From positions 1,798,001 to 1,862,000 of the forward strand of contig JAYWIR010000033.1 in the NCBI GenBank assembly GCA_036172245.1: a stretch of 64,000 nucleotides of DNA, in the 5' to 3' direction. Positions 24,601 to 38,400 of the stretch are shown piece after piece; position 1 is the first letter of the stretch, and each line of letters starts with the position of its first letter. Under the pieces are notes generated by a model. The model searched no databases. It had not been told where the DNA came from and saw only the letters and a list, made by a program, of their open reading frames with translations. A program made the position numbers and the translations under genes. The DNA is from Raillietiella orientalis (Eukaryota).

Positions 24601-27600
24601 CTGTCGAGAATCGCCGTACTTTCCAACTTCAAGACCTCACTCCTTCCAACTTTAAAGCCCGTGCTCTTCGCTCACTTGTCAACACTGACTTGATTCGTTA
24701 TTAATTCAAGAGACAGTCTTCCGTTTTTTGTGACATCACATGTGGCACATCTCATGCTGATTTTTGGAATCGTCCGTTTTTTTTTTTTTTTTTTTTTGCC
24801 GAAAACGAGGCAGAAAGCCGCACACAGTTTTCACCTCATTTGCGCCACTCCTTTTTCCGGTTACTGAGACACCGTGATGCCAAGGTTGCACGAACCAGGG
24901 ACTGGCCGAAGTAATGCAAGGTTTTTCACATTTTGAGAAAGTAACCATAGAGAAGTTGCATGCCGACCGAAGTGGGCAAGTCCGGTCCTCTCTTAGAGTG
25001 CAAAGGATCAGTAATGAGAAATCGATAAATTTTCAGTGAAGTGCCTGCCTCTCGTTGCCTGTTGCACCTCGACAGAAAGGCTGAAATCCTTGTATTCCCT
25101 GTCAGAAAGAAACTCCCATGTGATGTCAGTGCATATCCGCAAACATTTCTGTCTCTACTTCGGGAGTGACCACGAGAGATACTGCGGAAGTTTCAACGTA
25201 TGCCGCTTCCACACAATAGACAATGGACGTGGAGATAACCATCTCCCAGTACTGTGTCCGTTCTTCAAAGTATTTACCATTTACAAGCGTCTTCAGCAAT
25301 GCAGTGGCAGCTCTCGTATGGCTTCCTCTCTGTAGGGATTTCTTGATCGCTCCGTTTACCATGATTGCCTCTCTCCTGGAATGAATTTCATAGCGATGAC
25401 CCCATACATACTGTGGAGAAGCGCTGTGTCCAATTCACGCTGACGATGATCTGGCCAGCGTAGTGAAACTGTCAGCGACAGCTCTTCAAAGGTCCTGTGG
25501 AGGTCCGACTCGATTCCTCTCACGAAAAAAAGTCTTTCTTCCATCCGGCGCCGCTTAATGCTCCCTCGCCTCAGATTGAAATAAACCTCAGATTGGAGAA
25601 GAGCTTGCACTCGGCTGATCCTCGCGGTGTCCCATCAGCAAAAGATTAACGGTCTCAAATGTTTTAGATCTCGCGGCTCTAGAACGTAAGTTCCACTCCT
25701 CTGATGCAGGACTAGTGGTCCGGCTGCTGCGGTGTCACCCTGATCCAAGCAAGTTTGATGTTTTTCGTCATTCAAAGTCTGCTCGCTGTGGACGGCAACC
25801 GTTGCTAAACCGGGAAACGGCCAATCTGCGGTTTTATCTTCCGTTGCCGCGGACCGAAGTTTCCAAGGATTCGCTTCTTCGCGTGGACTCACGCGCTTGG
25901 TCTTTTCATCTTCGCAGTACCAGTTCCTGCATCGTTTCATTTTACTGTCGCCATTGTTGAATCACTCTCATTGTTTCGTTTGGGTTTCGTCCATTGTCAT
26001 CTGAGTTGCCTCGTTTAGGTCCGCGTTTGTTTGTTTTCCGGTTGTAAACTTTGTGCTCACAAGGAGTGACCAAAAATGAATTCTTGAGCTTCGCTTCCAG
26101 CAGCCTTTGTATTCATGTGCTTTTTTTTTTTCTTTTTTTTTGGCTTTGCTTTGCTTTCATGACTGTATTTATTGTACATTCTCATCATCAAGGATGGAAA
26201 TTGCACAAAGCGCGAAACACAATAAAGTTTGCGGCTTAATCAACGCTGAATGTGATAAACCCTTATTAGAGCTCACGAAGAGTAATCCATTCGTAGCACC
26301 TATTATTCTCTTATCTCTGCATTTTGACCTTGCTTCTTGCAACACATGTCACGTCCTATCGGCTGCGCGGGAACGCTGATCCGCAATTACGATGGAACCC
26401 ATCTCCACAAAATTCAAGGAAATGAGGAATAGAATCCTTGTAAACCACAAACAGGTTCGCGCAATCTAGACGACTCGATCTGTATTCTACTGGAGTGGAT
26501 CCGGAGAGACAGAACAATGTACGAACTCTTATCCCTCTGCGAAATGCGACATCGCGAAGCTGAAACCCTGGGTTACGAGTTTCCGTGGCAGGTTAACCGA
26601 GATCAAGTACTGAGGAGGAAGGCAACTTGCCGGAACTGTCTCGGTGGATCTTTTCTTCCTCTTCTCTGGCGCCGCCATGGGGAAAGCGGCCGAGCAGTGT
26701 AGTCGGGCAGAGAGCAGCGATTCCATAGCGCCCACTGAAGTGAGAATGGGAAAGTAGTAGTAGGCACTGCGGGAGCGACAAGTTGAGAACCAGGAGTTCC
26801 AGTGCCTCCTTGAGACCCAAGTTCGGGAGCGCTTTCTGGACATCCATCCAGCGCCGGTGTCAAGGAACGAACCCACGAAAACCCCGCGGTCTGAAACGAA
26901 ACCGCGCATCTCAACTCGGAGCAATCGCGAATGTCAGAAGACGACGACCAAATCTGCTGTCCTGCACGCGAAGCGGATTAGCTTTTTTTTTTGTTTTTTT
27001 TTCCACCGAGTACGCACAAGTAGGCACGGACAAGCGCAGATGGAATGAAGCAGTGGTTCTGACAACGGATCCGTGGGAGGTTTCCTGCTTGCTCCAGAGT
27101 GGCACCACTTTTGATGGAGTTCTCCGAGGAAACGCAAAGGCATCCGAAGAGCAGCAGGAAGTTCTATTGTGTCGAGTAGTCAGACGGAGTGAGTTTAGTG
27201 AGATGAAACAGACTGATGGTGAGTAGGAAATCTGAGACTGCAACCGATTTTGAAGGTGCTCGCTGCCAACTGCGAGTTTTTCTCAAGGAAACCAAAGGAT
27301 CCTCCATCGAAGTGGGGATCCTTCTGATGCGCTGCAGAGAACAGTAGAGAGTTTGTCCCCCACCCCAGCCTCTGCTCGTGTTTCCGTCTCTAGAAGCATC
27401 TTAGAATTCTCGCCACGTGCTTTCGAGATCTCCTGAAAATAAAGAGCAGCAAGGACTCCCCATCTCGAGACAATGGCGTCTCCGTTGTTCCTTAAATGGT
27501 AGTCTTTTGACTGAAGTTGGAATTATCCGCCTTCCTCGCAAGAAATCGTGCTTCCACGTTATCTTTGCGTCCCGGCATCCACCCCTCTTCTTTGCGTGCT

Positions 27601-30600
27601 CGTGGGTTTGAATTTCTCGTCGCACCCAACATCCGATTTCTTTCGAATTCGTCCAGAAGGATTTCCAGCTGTGATGCATTGGGAAACTGCTTCACAGCTG
27701 GGAATTGTTCTCAGCGGCAGCAATTTTTTTTCTCCGGGAGAGAGACAACTTCGTGCATCCAGCATCCCTTGTTCCCGAAAGAACGGGATTTCTCGCGTGA
27801 CGCACGCGTTCATGCAGCTAATGGCACAACCTCGAACTCAGTGTTCCGAGTGCATCGGATCACCTCAGCTTCCTGGACACCCCACCCTGGTTCACATATC
27901 TGTCGTCCCCTTCCTAGTTACCGCGGTAACCTCGTTTTCCCGGATCCGAGTCGATCTCGCGTAATGAGGAAAACAGGAAAACTCACACAGAGAATCCCGC
28001 TTCTCTCGGCGGCGCGTGCAGCACGGATGTACCTGGTCCTTTCACCCCTTTCTTCTTCCCTGACCCTTCCCCGACAAATCGAAAATGCGTTTGATGATGG
28101 CCGATCTTCGGAAAGCTGTACAGATGGATTCTGAGTCTCGTTCGTCTGCACGAAGGCATGACTCAACTGCCGCTTAACGTACGCGCTCCTGCGGTGGTCC
28201 TTTTCTACCAGCGAACTGTCACTGATGCTCGGGATGATACCAAATGAAAGATGAAGATCATCTACTCTTCAAAAAGAAAACACACACACACACACACACA
28301 CATGTGCAACCCCAGGAGAAGCAGCGTAGAGATGAGAATATTCGGGAATGAAGTAAATTCGAGCGGTCCAGGTGCAAGGATGCACCAGGAGAAGACGAGA
28401 TGGGAAAAAGCAAGTGAAAAACAAAAGGAAACTTTTGGAGAACAATCCTGGATCCCCGAGATCGAAGGGGAGGGAGAGAAGTTTTGGTCTGCCTCACCAC
28501 TAGTCGCTCTGCCGTCATCGGACCCTGGCCAGCGCAGCTCAAGGAAAGTCCCAGGGCGAATGCCAACCCTGCCATGTGTGGCAGCCGGGGTTGCCAGGGC
28601 GACGAGCCCGGTTCCTTCCGGATCAGCCCCGCTGCTCCCTCAGGAACTGCGCGCGACATAGTTTCACTCGGCGCCCGCGCTGCTGATATGCAGAGAGATT
28701 TGGGGATGGAGTCCCCTGTCTCTTGAGCTGTGACCTCCAGGGGGTCACAGCGACAGCGAGCTTCGGAGCGTGGGCGCTACCGAACGACGAAGGAAGAACG
28801 CCGGATGGTTTTCTCTCTCTCCTTTTCTTCCATCTCCCCCCTTTCTCTCTCTTCAGTTGATCAAAGTGATGGGGAAGCTTACATTCGTGTCGACAGGAGA
28901 TTCCCACCATCTCCATCTGTGAGTCATTCTGGACTTGTCCTGGGCTGCGGTTTTTCGGGGGGCCGTTCATGACCACAGACGATCACGCCGATGGCATCTA
29001 GCACGTGCTGCGTGTTCAAGCAGGCCGCTTCGCTTCTTGAGTGCTCGGTTTGGTGAAGAGGAGCTTCGTGGTTCTTCGGACGCTCAGGTCCAAAGAACCA
29101 AGAGATAGTCAGTCACTCTCCGAGAAGGGAAGATCAACCGGTTCCTCCCTGCCTTGAGTCCTACGAAGCTGCCGCGTGATTCTCGCAGGGGCAGGAGAAG
29201 TCGAGTAGGGGGGACAAAGTCGGATGAAAGTCTTGGATCCATCCCAGCCATCCGGTTCGGGGAAGACCATCAGCTGATGATGTTTCCAAGGAGCCCTTTC
29301 CGTTTGTTCCACCGGATCATCGCGCCCTCTGGCGGCGGTGCAGCTGCCTAGGCAGTGATGGGGACTGTGCGGCAGCCACTCCCAAGCCACGCATCTGCAT
29401 AGTTGCTTTACCTGCCTTTCGCAACAACTCCCCCCTCCCCCTGTGGCATGAGAAGGGAGGTCGTCGTCCGGCAGTCCCGCAATGCGTTTCCGAGACACCG
29501 TCTGTTTCTGGCGAGCCAGGAAGGAGCGGAACACCCTCCTCCGCCGTTCTCAGGATCCTTGCTGGACCCTCCTCCCTATTCCAGCTCCGATCTCTGAGTG
29601 CGTTCTGAACCTATCCGCCCGTACTCCGCGAGGACGGACGTTGCTCTGCCCTTGCACCCTAAAGAAAAGGAGAACGTGCCCGACCCACTCCAGTCTCCCG
29701 GTCCGCGGAACCAAGGAGTGTCGCGTTCTCGCGAGTGGGAAGCTATGCGCCTCCCTTTGCCCGCTCGTGGGGGCGGAACTGCCGGGGCGATGCGTAGGAT
29801 CATCCGACCTGCAGCTCGAGAGCAGCTGCGGGCTGCTTGCAAAAAGGGGAAGAGTTCGGCTCGTGGGCACCGGGGTGGCGACGCGGCGTGTCGGTCCTGG
29901 GTGTCCTCGACTGGGGTCGCCTTTTCTAGGAAGAATCACAGGGGAGCGAGCAGCTTCCCGTTCCCTCCGCGGTCCTCCAGACGGCTGCATTCCGGGCGGC
30001 TTCCCTCCCGCTGCAGTTCTGAGAGCGCAAGCGTAGACACCCCGCAACCGGAAACGAACCAGCGCTTTCCAGCGGTCCTCTCAGCAGCAGCGTTGTCCCT
30101 GTGCTTTCCCGGAAAGACGTGGCTCCTTTTACTGATGCTTACCCTCTTTTCCTCACAGGCTCCCTTCATCCCTATCCCACTTCCTGTTCTCCCTCTTCCT
30201 TCTTCTTCGTCGGGCAGAAGTGTCCTCTGTTCTCTTTGCCGTGCCAGTTTGCCTTCCAGGGACCTCTCTCGAGCTTTCCTGGAAACGCTTGCTCTCCTGC
30301 TCGCTTCCCGGCGGGAAAGGGCGAACGGAGATACGCTGGCTGGGAGGTAGAGGATGCGGAAGGCGTTCCCAAGACGAGCCACGCATGGCTCGTCCTCGAC
30401 ATCCGAAGGCACCTCTGGCTTTTCTTTTTTTTTCCGGCGGCAAGGGTCACCCGAGGCCCGCAAAAAGTGGACATTCCACGCGGCAGACCGCACCCGATCG
30501 CTCGCACGCTTGGCTTCGCGCGCACCGCTTGCGCTCGCGAGAACGAACCCTTTGGAAACCCGCACGCTAGCTCTCTCGCCACGGAGTCTCTGACGGTCGC

Positions 30601-32438
30601 AAGGCCGCAGCTTCCCATATCTCCGCACCGCGACCTACGGCGCGATGCTAACGCGGGCTGCCGTGCGGTCGCCACGGGCCGCTTGCAAATTCCCGATATG
30701 TTTTTTTTCTCTCTTTTTCTTTTTTTTTTTTTGTCTGTGTTCCTCCTGCAAACTGGTTTTCCTCTCTTCTCTCCTTGACCGCCGGAGAGCTACAGGTTGC
30801 ACCGCGCGGTATCGCGGTTCTCCATAAAGCGACCCACCTCTCATCTGCACCGCTGCAATTCCGTCTGTCTGCTGTTACGACTTTTCGGCTGCGCCGGATG
30901 CACGAACTGCCCGCTCGTCCATTGGCGGGATTTAATTGGGCGCGCACTTTTTTCTTTTTTTTTTTTTTCCTTCTTGTTTTCCGTGGTCTTCCCTCTTCGC
31001 CGGACCCCCGACCACGTGGATTCCGCCGTGCGTGATTCGCGAGCAGCAACCGCCCCGCTGCCCAGGGTCGGTAGCTGGGGTTTCACAGCCACCCGCGCGA
31101 GCCGGGTGGATGGAGCGATTCGAAAGGACGCCCGCCTCCGGAAGAAGTTGCTGGCGCTGGTGGAGGGCCTCCAGCCGCTCGCACCGACTGCTTCGATGCC
31201 GTCCCTGCTTGTGGACAGTCCCGCGTGCGCCGCGCCCGAAACCGTACGATTTGCCGACCTCTCTCTCTGCTCCCGGTCCCTTTGCCTTTGGTCCGCTGAA
31301 GTCATCCCGAAAACCAAAAAAAAGGCAGTCTGCTCTCCTGTGGGAGGAAGCCGCCATCTGTAAATCCGGGGACAGCACCTTTGGAGTGCATCCCCGGTTC
31401 CAAACTCATGCGCCTGTGAGGTGGGTATTCGTTTTCTTTCTCTTGTGGTCCCTTTCGAGTTACATCTGCTTCCTTTGTGTTACTCGAAGCACTGGTAGTC
31501 CCTATCCCGGGAAGGGAAAAGACGTGTGGTAGCTGTTCCATCTACCTTGCCTGCCCGGAATCGATCCGGGATGAAGTTCTGAGCTCTTGCAAATAACCGA
31601 GCAGCTGCAATCCATGGACTTGCAGTGTACTCTCACTGATTCGGTGCTCGACTTCCTGTTGCTGTTGCTGTCTTTTTTGCGCATCACCCTGGTTGCGTCT
31701 CCTCCTGGTGCTTGATTTCTGGTCTTTGGCGGGGCCCCGACAAGTGCTTCTGGTCTCAGCCTGCTGCCGAACAGGAGGGAGGAAAAGCAAAGAGCTGCAA
31801 GCAGCCGCGTTGCTGCAGCCGTGCGATCCTCTGTGATTACGCGAAATGCACGGTTTGCGCGCAGCTCAGAGCGTGTGCTCGAAGGAACCCAAGGCACAGA
31901 AGAGGAATTAAGTGTTATCTGCCGGGTCATGAATGGCCAGATAAGTATCAGGGAGTGCCCTATCAGATCAATCGCTCCTCTTGAGCTGTGCTGGACGTTT
32001 TGTCAAGTGCACGGGACGAGTCTAATAGGTACCACCGTGCAGCGCTCACTTGCAGCTTTCGAAAGGCCCCTCGGCTCGCAAATTATCCACGAGGAATTTC
32101 TTGTCGAAACGCGGCGATGGGAATCCTGCAAGCGTTTCCTCGAAGACGGTGATGAAATCACTAGGCGCTCTGGTCCATGCCGAGAAGATCGCATGCAAAG
32201 TGTGAATAAAAAGCAAAAACAGTAATGTAGTGTTTCACATTTCCTTGTTTGTTTGCTGATTCCTGCTCGCTTTGTTTTCTTAGAAAGGAAGGGGAAAAAA
32301 ATTTTGTTATCATTTCTCCGTGTATTTCTCCTGTTTTTTTTTTTTTTAACGTGCCGATGCAAAGTTTGGCTGTATTTTGCTTCCTCTGCTTTTTATTATT
32401 ATTATTATTATTAGTTGAGTTGTCTCTTGAAATTGTTA

Positions 32439-32480
<42 letters not shown>

Positions 32481-35400
32481 ATAGAGAAGCATGCGAGGTT
32501 TAGGCAAGGAACTTGGGTGTAGTGGAGAATTGCATTTTCTAATGGAAAAGATTGAAGATTACTTGCAAGGGTAGGCCGTCTGTTTACTTCGAGGCATGCG
32601 CAAAGAATATCTCTCAAGAGTTCAATTTCGCAGATGCGGCAGCGCATGCTGCGGAAGAAGAAGTCTGATGGCAAAGTTTTGATTCACGCGAGGTTCTATA
32701 AATCACAAGAATGGAGACAACAAGATGGCCGGAATACGTAGGTGAATTAGAAGCCACACTGGTCGAATAATAACAGTAGCTGGCAGAAGACATAATTTAG
32801 AGATTCCTAAAGTTGCTGCTTGTGTCCAATGGAAACTCGTAATCCTCCAAAATGGCGCGGCATCCAATATCCAGTGCTGCATCCAGTAATTCGAGGAATG
32901 CATCAAGCAGCAGAAAATGTGAATGCATACAATCATTCTTTTCCGCAAAGACCCAAGTGAGACAGCCTTTAGAAACGCGGTGATTTCCTTAGAGGAGTTC
33001 ACATCCGGATGGACATTTGTTCCATCTCTCGTTATTGCTCTCCGATTTCAAGCCGACGATCTGCTCTCGAGGAAGAAGAAGAGGGAGTCGCTTGGATCTC
33101 GCGCCCGGGACGGAGTCCCACAGCAAGGAGGGAAGGGAGAAAGAGGAAGATGCGATGCTGACAAGATGGAGCTTGCTGTGCTCCAGGATGCGCGTAAAAT
33201 AAGGAAAAATGGATTTCCTTTCGCACAAGAGGATCTCCACCTCCTCAAGGGAAGAAGCGCGGTCCCTCGGCAGAGCTTCCCAGGAAGATCAGTAAGGATA
33301 AAAGTACGTGAACCTTTGCGCCCGTAAAAGAATGCGTTCCAATGGTATGTAAATTCCGATGGGCATAGTCCGAAAAAATCCCACTCCGCTTGCTCTCCTG
33401 GAAAGATCAGTCATTTACGGCAACTAACTTCAAATGGCTCGTCTGAGTGGCTACAAATTGGAATTCTAAAACGGGAAACGTCAGGAAAACAAGCTGGCGT
33501 GCTGTAAGAGAACCACGCCTTAGCTCCCGTGGGCTGCACATGAAGAGTGTCGTTCGGATGCGATTGTGCATCATCCGCCAGGGTTCTCGCACTGCTATTG
33601 GTGCAGCTGTGTCCACCGAAATAAACAATTCTTTGTTTTTGCAAAAACAAAACAAAACAAAACAAAAAAAAAGAAATCAGATGGTAGGAGAACTCTCTTT
33701 CAGCGTGCGGAGACTACCAATGGGTAAATCAGTTACGATTTGCTATTGTCAACAAAGGATTGCATTATTCCTAATACGCTCCCTTCCTGGGGGCGCCATA
33801 CGAGTGGATGCTGCAACATCTCATTTGATTGGCATTGAAGAGTGCCGAATAAAAGCATGCCATGGGGATTTTTCTGGAAGAACAAGATCGGAACACCGAA
33901 TAGCCACCGGACCTGGTTGTCTATTGATTCTAGGCTTCACTGTCAAGGGAAGTCCTCAGTGTCTTGGTGCACTGTTTCGAAGCCCCTCGGCGTTGCAGCA
34001 AAGAGGAGTTCTTCGCCCACGCAAATGAAAAATTTCCAATTTGTGACGATAGCTTTCCACTCTTACAAAACAGGAATGGCGAACAGTTCCCGGCAGGAAC
34101 AAAAAATTCTATTCGGAAATAGAAAAAAAAGGAGGAGGAAAGTGACAAAGTGCGGAACGGAGGCTGCAAAGCGTGTGGGTGTGTGTGTGTGTTTTCATTC
34201 TTATCCTGTCCTCCGCGAGGAACATCCACAACCTTGCCCAGAAAGCACTTCGAAGAGATACGATTTTTTATACCCCGTTCCGTTATTCACTTTCTGACGC
34301 GAGGTGGTGATGGGATGCTGGCAGAAGAATTTCACGCAGCCTTCCGTTTCCACTCCGAAGCAGCAAACGAATCCGCAAGGGCGGAAGCTGAGCGAACGAA
34401 TCATGGCCGCACTCGTGATCACCCAGCTTTGAAAACCTATTCCGAGAGAACAGTTTCCGAATGTACGAATTGGCTTTTTTTTTTGTGCATGTGCCTTAGT
34501 TTGTTTGTTTTTTTCTTTTTTTGGTGGTGGAGCAACGGGAGACCGGTTTTTCGAATGCTTCTTTATGCTTACCTCTCTAAAGCTCAACTTCGACCTTTCT
34601 GCTGGTTGCCTACCAGCAGGGAAGCACTGCTGCTAGGTAAACGGCGTCAGCACTCGTGCGGAGCTGCTAGCAGTGGCACCCCTAATCCCTGGATAGAGTC
34701 GCGATGGTGCGCGTCCATTCATTGGATCCTCCGCTTCCTTTCTGCTGTTTTTCCTTATCACTTGCCTCCCCTATTTCGTCCGTGGAACGCTGGCACGAAC
34801 ACTCCGCTAATTAAGTTGGAACAAATGTAATGAGTTCCTACTCATTGTTCGGCACTGTAACAATGTTGCTATAAACCAAAAGGAACACAAGTAGGGAATC
34901 TCCGTTGTTGGATCGAAAAAAAAAAAAAAATTCCCTACTCATTGTTGAACGATGCAACAATGCCTTTTTTTTGAAGGGGAGGGGGTTTGCGTACGTGGAC
35001 GGCTTCTGAAAAACCGCAAACTCGCTTTCCATTTTTAAGCAAAACGCGGCTGGGCGTCTGCGCTACGGCTCTGGAATGATGCGAACGCGATGGGCAACCG
35101 AGATGAAAGATTCCTGCATACTCCTCCGAACAGCACGATCGGAATGATCCTCCGTGGAATGTAAATTGCTACTCCGCCAGAGGCCTTGGAAGTGCGAGTG
35201 CTTTCAGGAAGGCAAGACGCAGGACAAGATCCCAGAAAAATAAATAATCACAAGAATGGCGCAGATGATGATTAATTTCCAGAGAAGAGGGAGAACTCCG
35301 CGCGCTGCTGGACCGAATACGCGCAACCGGTGCAACCGGTTCGCCTCGGAGTGCGTTCATCCCCCATCCCGACTCGAAGGCGATAACGTATCGTGCGGGA

Positions 35401-38400
35401 GAGAGCTGCGAGCGAATAAACAAACGGCTGCCGAGGAGTCGCCGTGGAGAAGCCGAGAGCCGTTGTCTTGTTTCCTGTCGCACCAACGGACTTTTTCATC
35501 CCACTCCATCCCCCTTCCATCCTCCCAGTGCCTCGGTTTATTCTCAGGGAGGATAAAGGTGGACGCCTCCGAAACTCACAGGGACCCTAGTTGGTGATGG
35601 AGTAACTTGGGCACATTGAGCCGAAAAAAAGGGGTTTTCTCCGTCTCTGGAGATCTAGCTGGCCTCTCCGTCCGTCCACCTCTTCCCACTGCCCCCACCA
35701 CCATCACCTTTTCCTTCTTCGAATCGGGAAGCCTTTTTCGGACCGGAAGGCGGTCCTCATGGTGGACGAAATAGCGACGCGCGCGCTCGAGCAGTCTCAG
35801 AGTCAGTGGCCGAGTCGGCTGCAGTTTGCGGCGAACCGGCTCCAGCTGGTCCGAAGGGAAGGGCGCGCTGTCATGACAACGGTCCTCCCCGCGCGCCTCC
35901 GTTCCGTACGCGCCCCGTCAGGGAGCCGCGCGCAAGACACGGGACGGGCGTCCCTGGACTCTGGGGAGTGAGAGGAATGCTGACCGAGAGCGCAGCGCCG
36001 CCTCGCACCTGCCCCTCGAGCAGCCGGAGGAGGGGGTGGCGGGGTCCCTCAGACGCGGCGGCGGTGGCAGCGGGGGTTTTTCGCCGCGCGGCCGGCGACG
36101 GTCCGACCGGTTAATTAAATCGCTTTCAAGAACGCACGATCCAGGACGTGGCCGCGGGCGAGGAAACAATCGAGGGAGCTCCGAGAGATAACCACCAGAT
36201 GAATTGTCGACCGGATGGGTCGTGCGCCGAGCACGAAGAGAAGCGAGGAGGAGGGAGGGAGGGAAAAGAGGAGAGCGGATCCATCGTCACGACAACGCGC
36301 CCGCCGCCGCGAGGAGCTTTCCGCAGCGCCCCCGCGCGTTGTCGTTGCCTTAGCGGCCCGAAGCTCTCCGCAGCCATCCATCAGGGGAACCCTTGATTTC
36401 TCTGTCAGGCAACAGCATCGGCGCGTCCCTCCCTATCCCTCCTTGCGGCTGTCGTTACGCATGTCGTCCGTAATTACCTGCGAATCCCCCATCTTTCCCC
36501 TCCCCGCCGCTCGGAGCGCGCGCGAGCGCGCGCGCGCACCCGCCCGCTCGCGCGACCCCTGTTCTGGGGTCGCCGCCTCACGTCTCTCCCTTCTCCCCTT
36601 CCTCGCGCGGTCACTTTCCCTCCCGTGGAGGGCCCGGACGCCCGCGGTGCCGTCCTCGCGTCTCCGCCGACGTCGTCAATCGGGAGCGACGGCAGCGCCC
36701 CAGTTTCCGCCCCGCGGAGGGGCGAGCGCATGGGCCCGTCGCAGAAGGGAAGGACGGGTTTCGTTTTGGGGTCTCCCCCTTTCCCTCCTCCCTTTACTCT
36801 CCCTTCCTCCCCCTCCTCTCTCCGATAGCCGCCCGAAGCCCGAGAGGTCGGATCGCCGCCGCCTTTCAGGGTCGGCGGCCGACGGGCACGCGCTCACCTC
36901 AGAGGGGACGAGGGAGCAGGATCCTTGTTTTTGTTTTCCCTTCACCCCCCCCCCCTTTTTTTTTTTTTGTTTTGCTCTCCTTTTTGGGGGCGCGCGCGTG
37001 CAGGCGCGCGCGAGAACGCAACCGCTCGCAAGAGGAGGAAGAGGAGGCTCTGCCGCGTGGTCGTGTCCTCCGCGGTTCCCTCTTCCGCTCTCACCCACTC
37101 CGTCCCTTCCCATCCGGTTTTCTTTCGAACTCTTCTGTCGTTCCTCCCGGCTGCTCCATGGTCCCCTCCGTGTCCCCCTACATTTTCTACTCGAAGTTCA
37201 TCACCACCACCGCTGAGCACAGTTCCTGTGGGTTCCCTCTCTCGGGAGGACGAATGGGGTGGTCTGGCTCCTTCCTGCAGCTGTGCTGCGCAACACGGAG
37301 GAGAGAACCCGCGATCGAAGGGAGCACCGGTAAGGGAAGCGAGGGCACACTGCAGCACGGGTCTCCCCTTCTGGGACGAAAAGGGCCGCGCTTTCTCCGC
37401 GGCAGGGCGTCCGACTTGCTCCTCGCGCCTCGCGGGCGGCTCCCGTTGCCACGGACACGCGCGACAGTCGGACGCGAGCGGAGCACAGCGTCGTCGGTGG
37501 TTCCCAGATCCGCCGAGCGGAGTCCGCAGGCCCTCCTTTCGGGCAGTTCCGTCGGCCCAGGCCTCCCTGGAGGGAGGGAAGGGAGCGGAAATCTCTGAGG
37601 ACGAAGCGGTGGCGGTTCCGGAAGGTTTGGGAAGCGGGCAGGAGGACTCTGTAGCTCTCTCCCCGTCAGGAGACAGCGCTGAACCACCGCGGCCATCCCG
37701 CCTTGCTCGCTTCAATTTTGCAAGTGCAGCACCAGCTCCTTGGCACCACTGGGATGGGTGAGGTCTCTTCCTCTTCTGTCCGTGTGAAGATCGAGCGCTG
37801 CCGGTGAGGAGGAGGAGGCTCCTGGAGGCTGGCCGCGGAAGGAACGAACGGACCGAATGGTCGGGTCACCACTTCTTGGTCGACCCTCTGCCCGCTTGCT
37901 GGCTCCCCGTTCCTTCGGCCTTGCTGCCGCTCGAGACGCCGCGGACGCAGGTTCCGTTTCCTCCTCACGCCTCGTCCTTTCTTCCCGATGGGTGCTCCGT
38001 CGTGCGCGAGTTCTGCAGGGAGCGGCCGCTCCCGGTTTCCTCCTGCGGTTCTTCTAAAAAAGGAGACCGCGTTTCCGTCCGAGAATGCGAGCTCTCCAGG
38101 ACAACTCCGAGGGAGCGCGACCTCCGTGGCACCCTAGGGCGGTCAGCAATCTCCCTCCTCCTCCTAGTTCGGCCTGGTTCTTCCCAAGCGATTGCCCCGG
38201 GCAAACGAAGAAATCCAGCGGTCACTGCATCCTCCTACTCCCTGATCATCTCACTTTCTTCGGCTCCTTCCGCAGAGTCTCGGCAATCCTTGATCGCCCG
38301 CTCGACTCCTTGGAGGAGATCGAAAGGCGCGGGAGTGGCGGAGGGACACGAAGAAGAATGATGATTTGAGAGAAGAGAAAACCCGATGAAAAAAAAAAGA

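Noticed and set aside
31600..31710. Minus-strand EVEHRIS peptide reminiscent of an RTE LINE; similarly VQKA..KEALELL at about 26780-26847
   Set aside because: Single short motifs without ordered neighbouring motifs; too weak to call.
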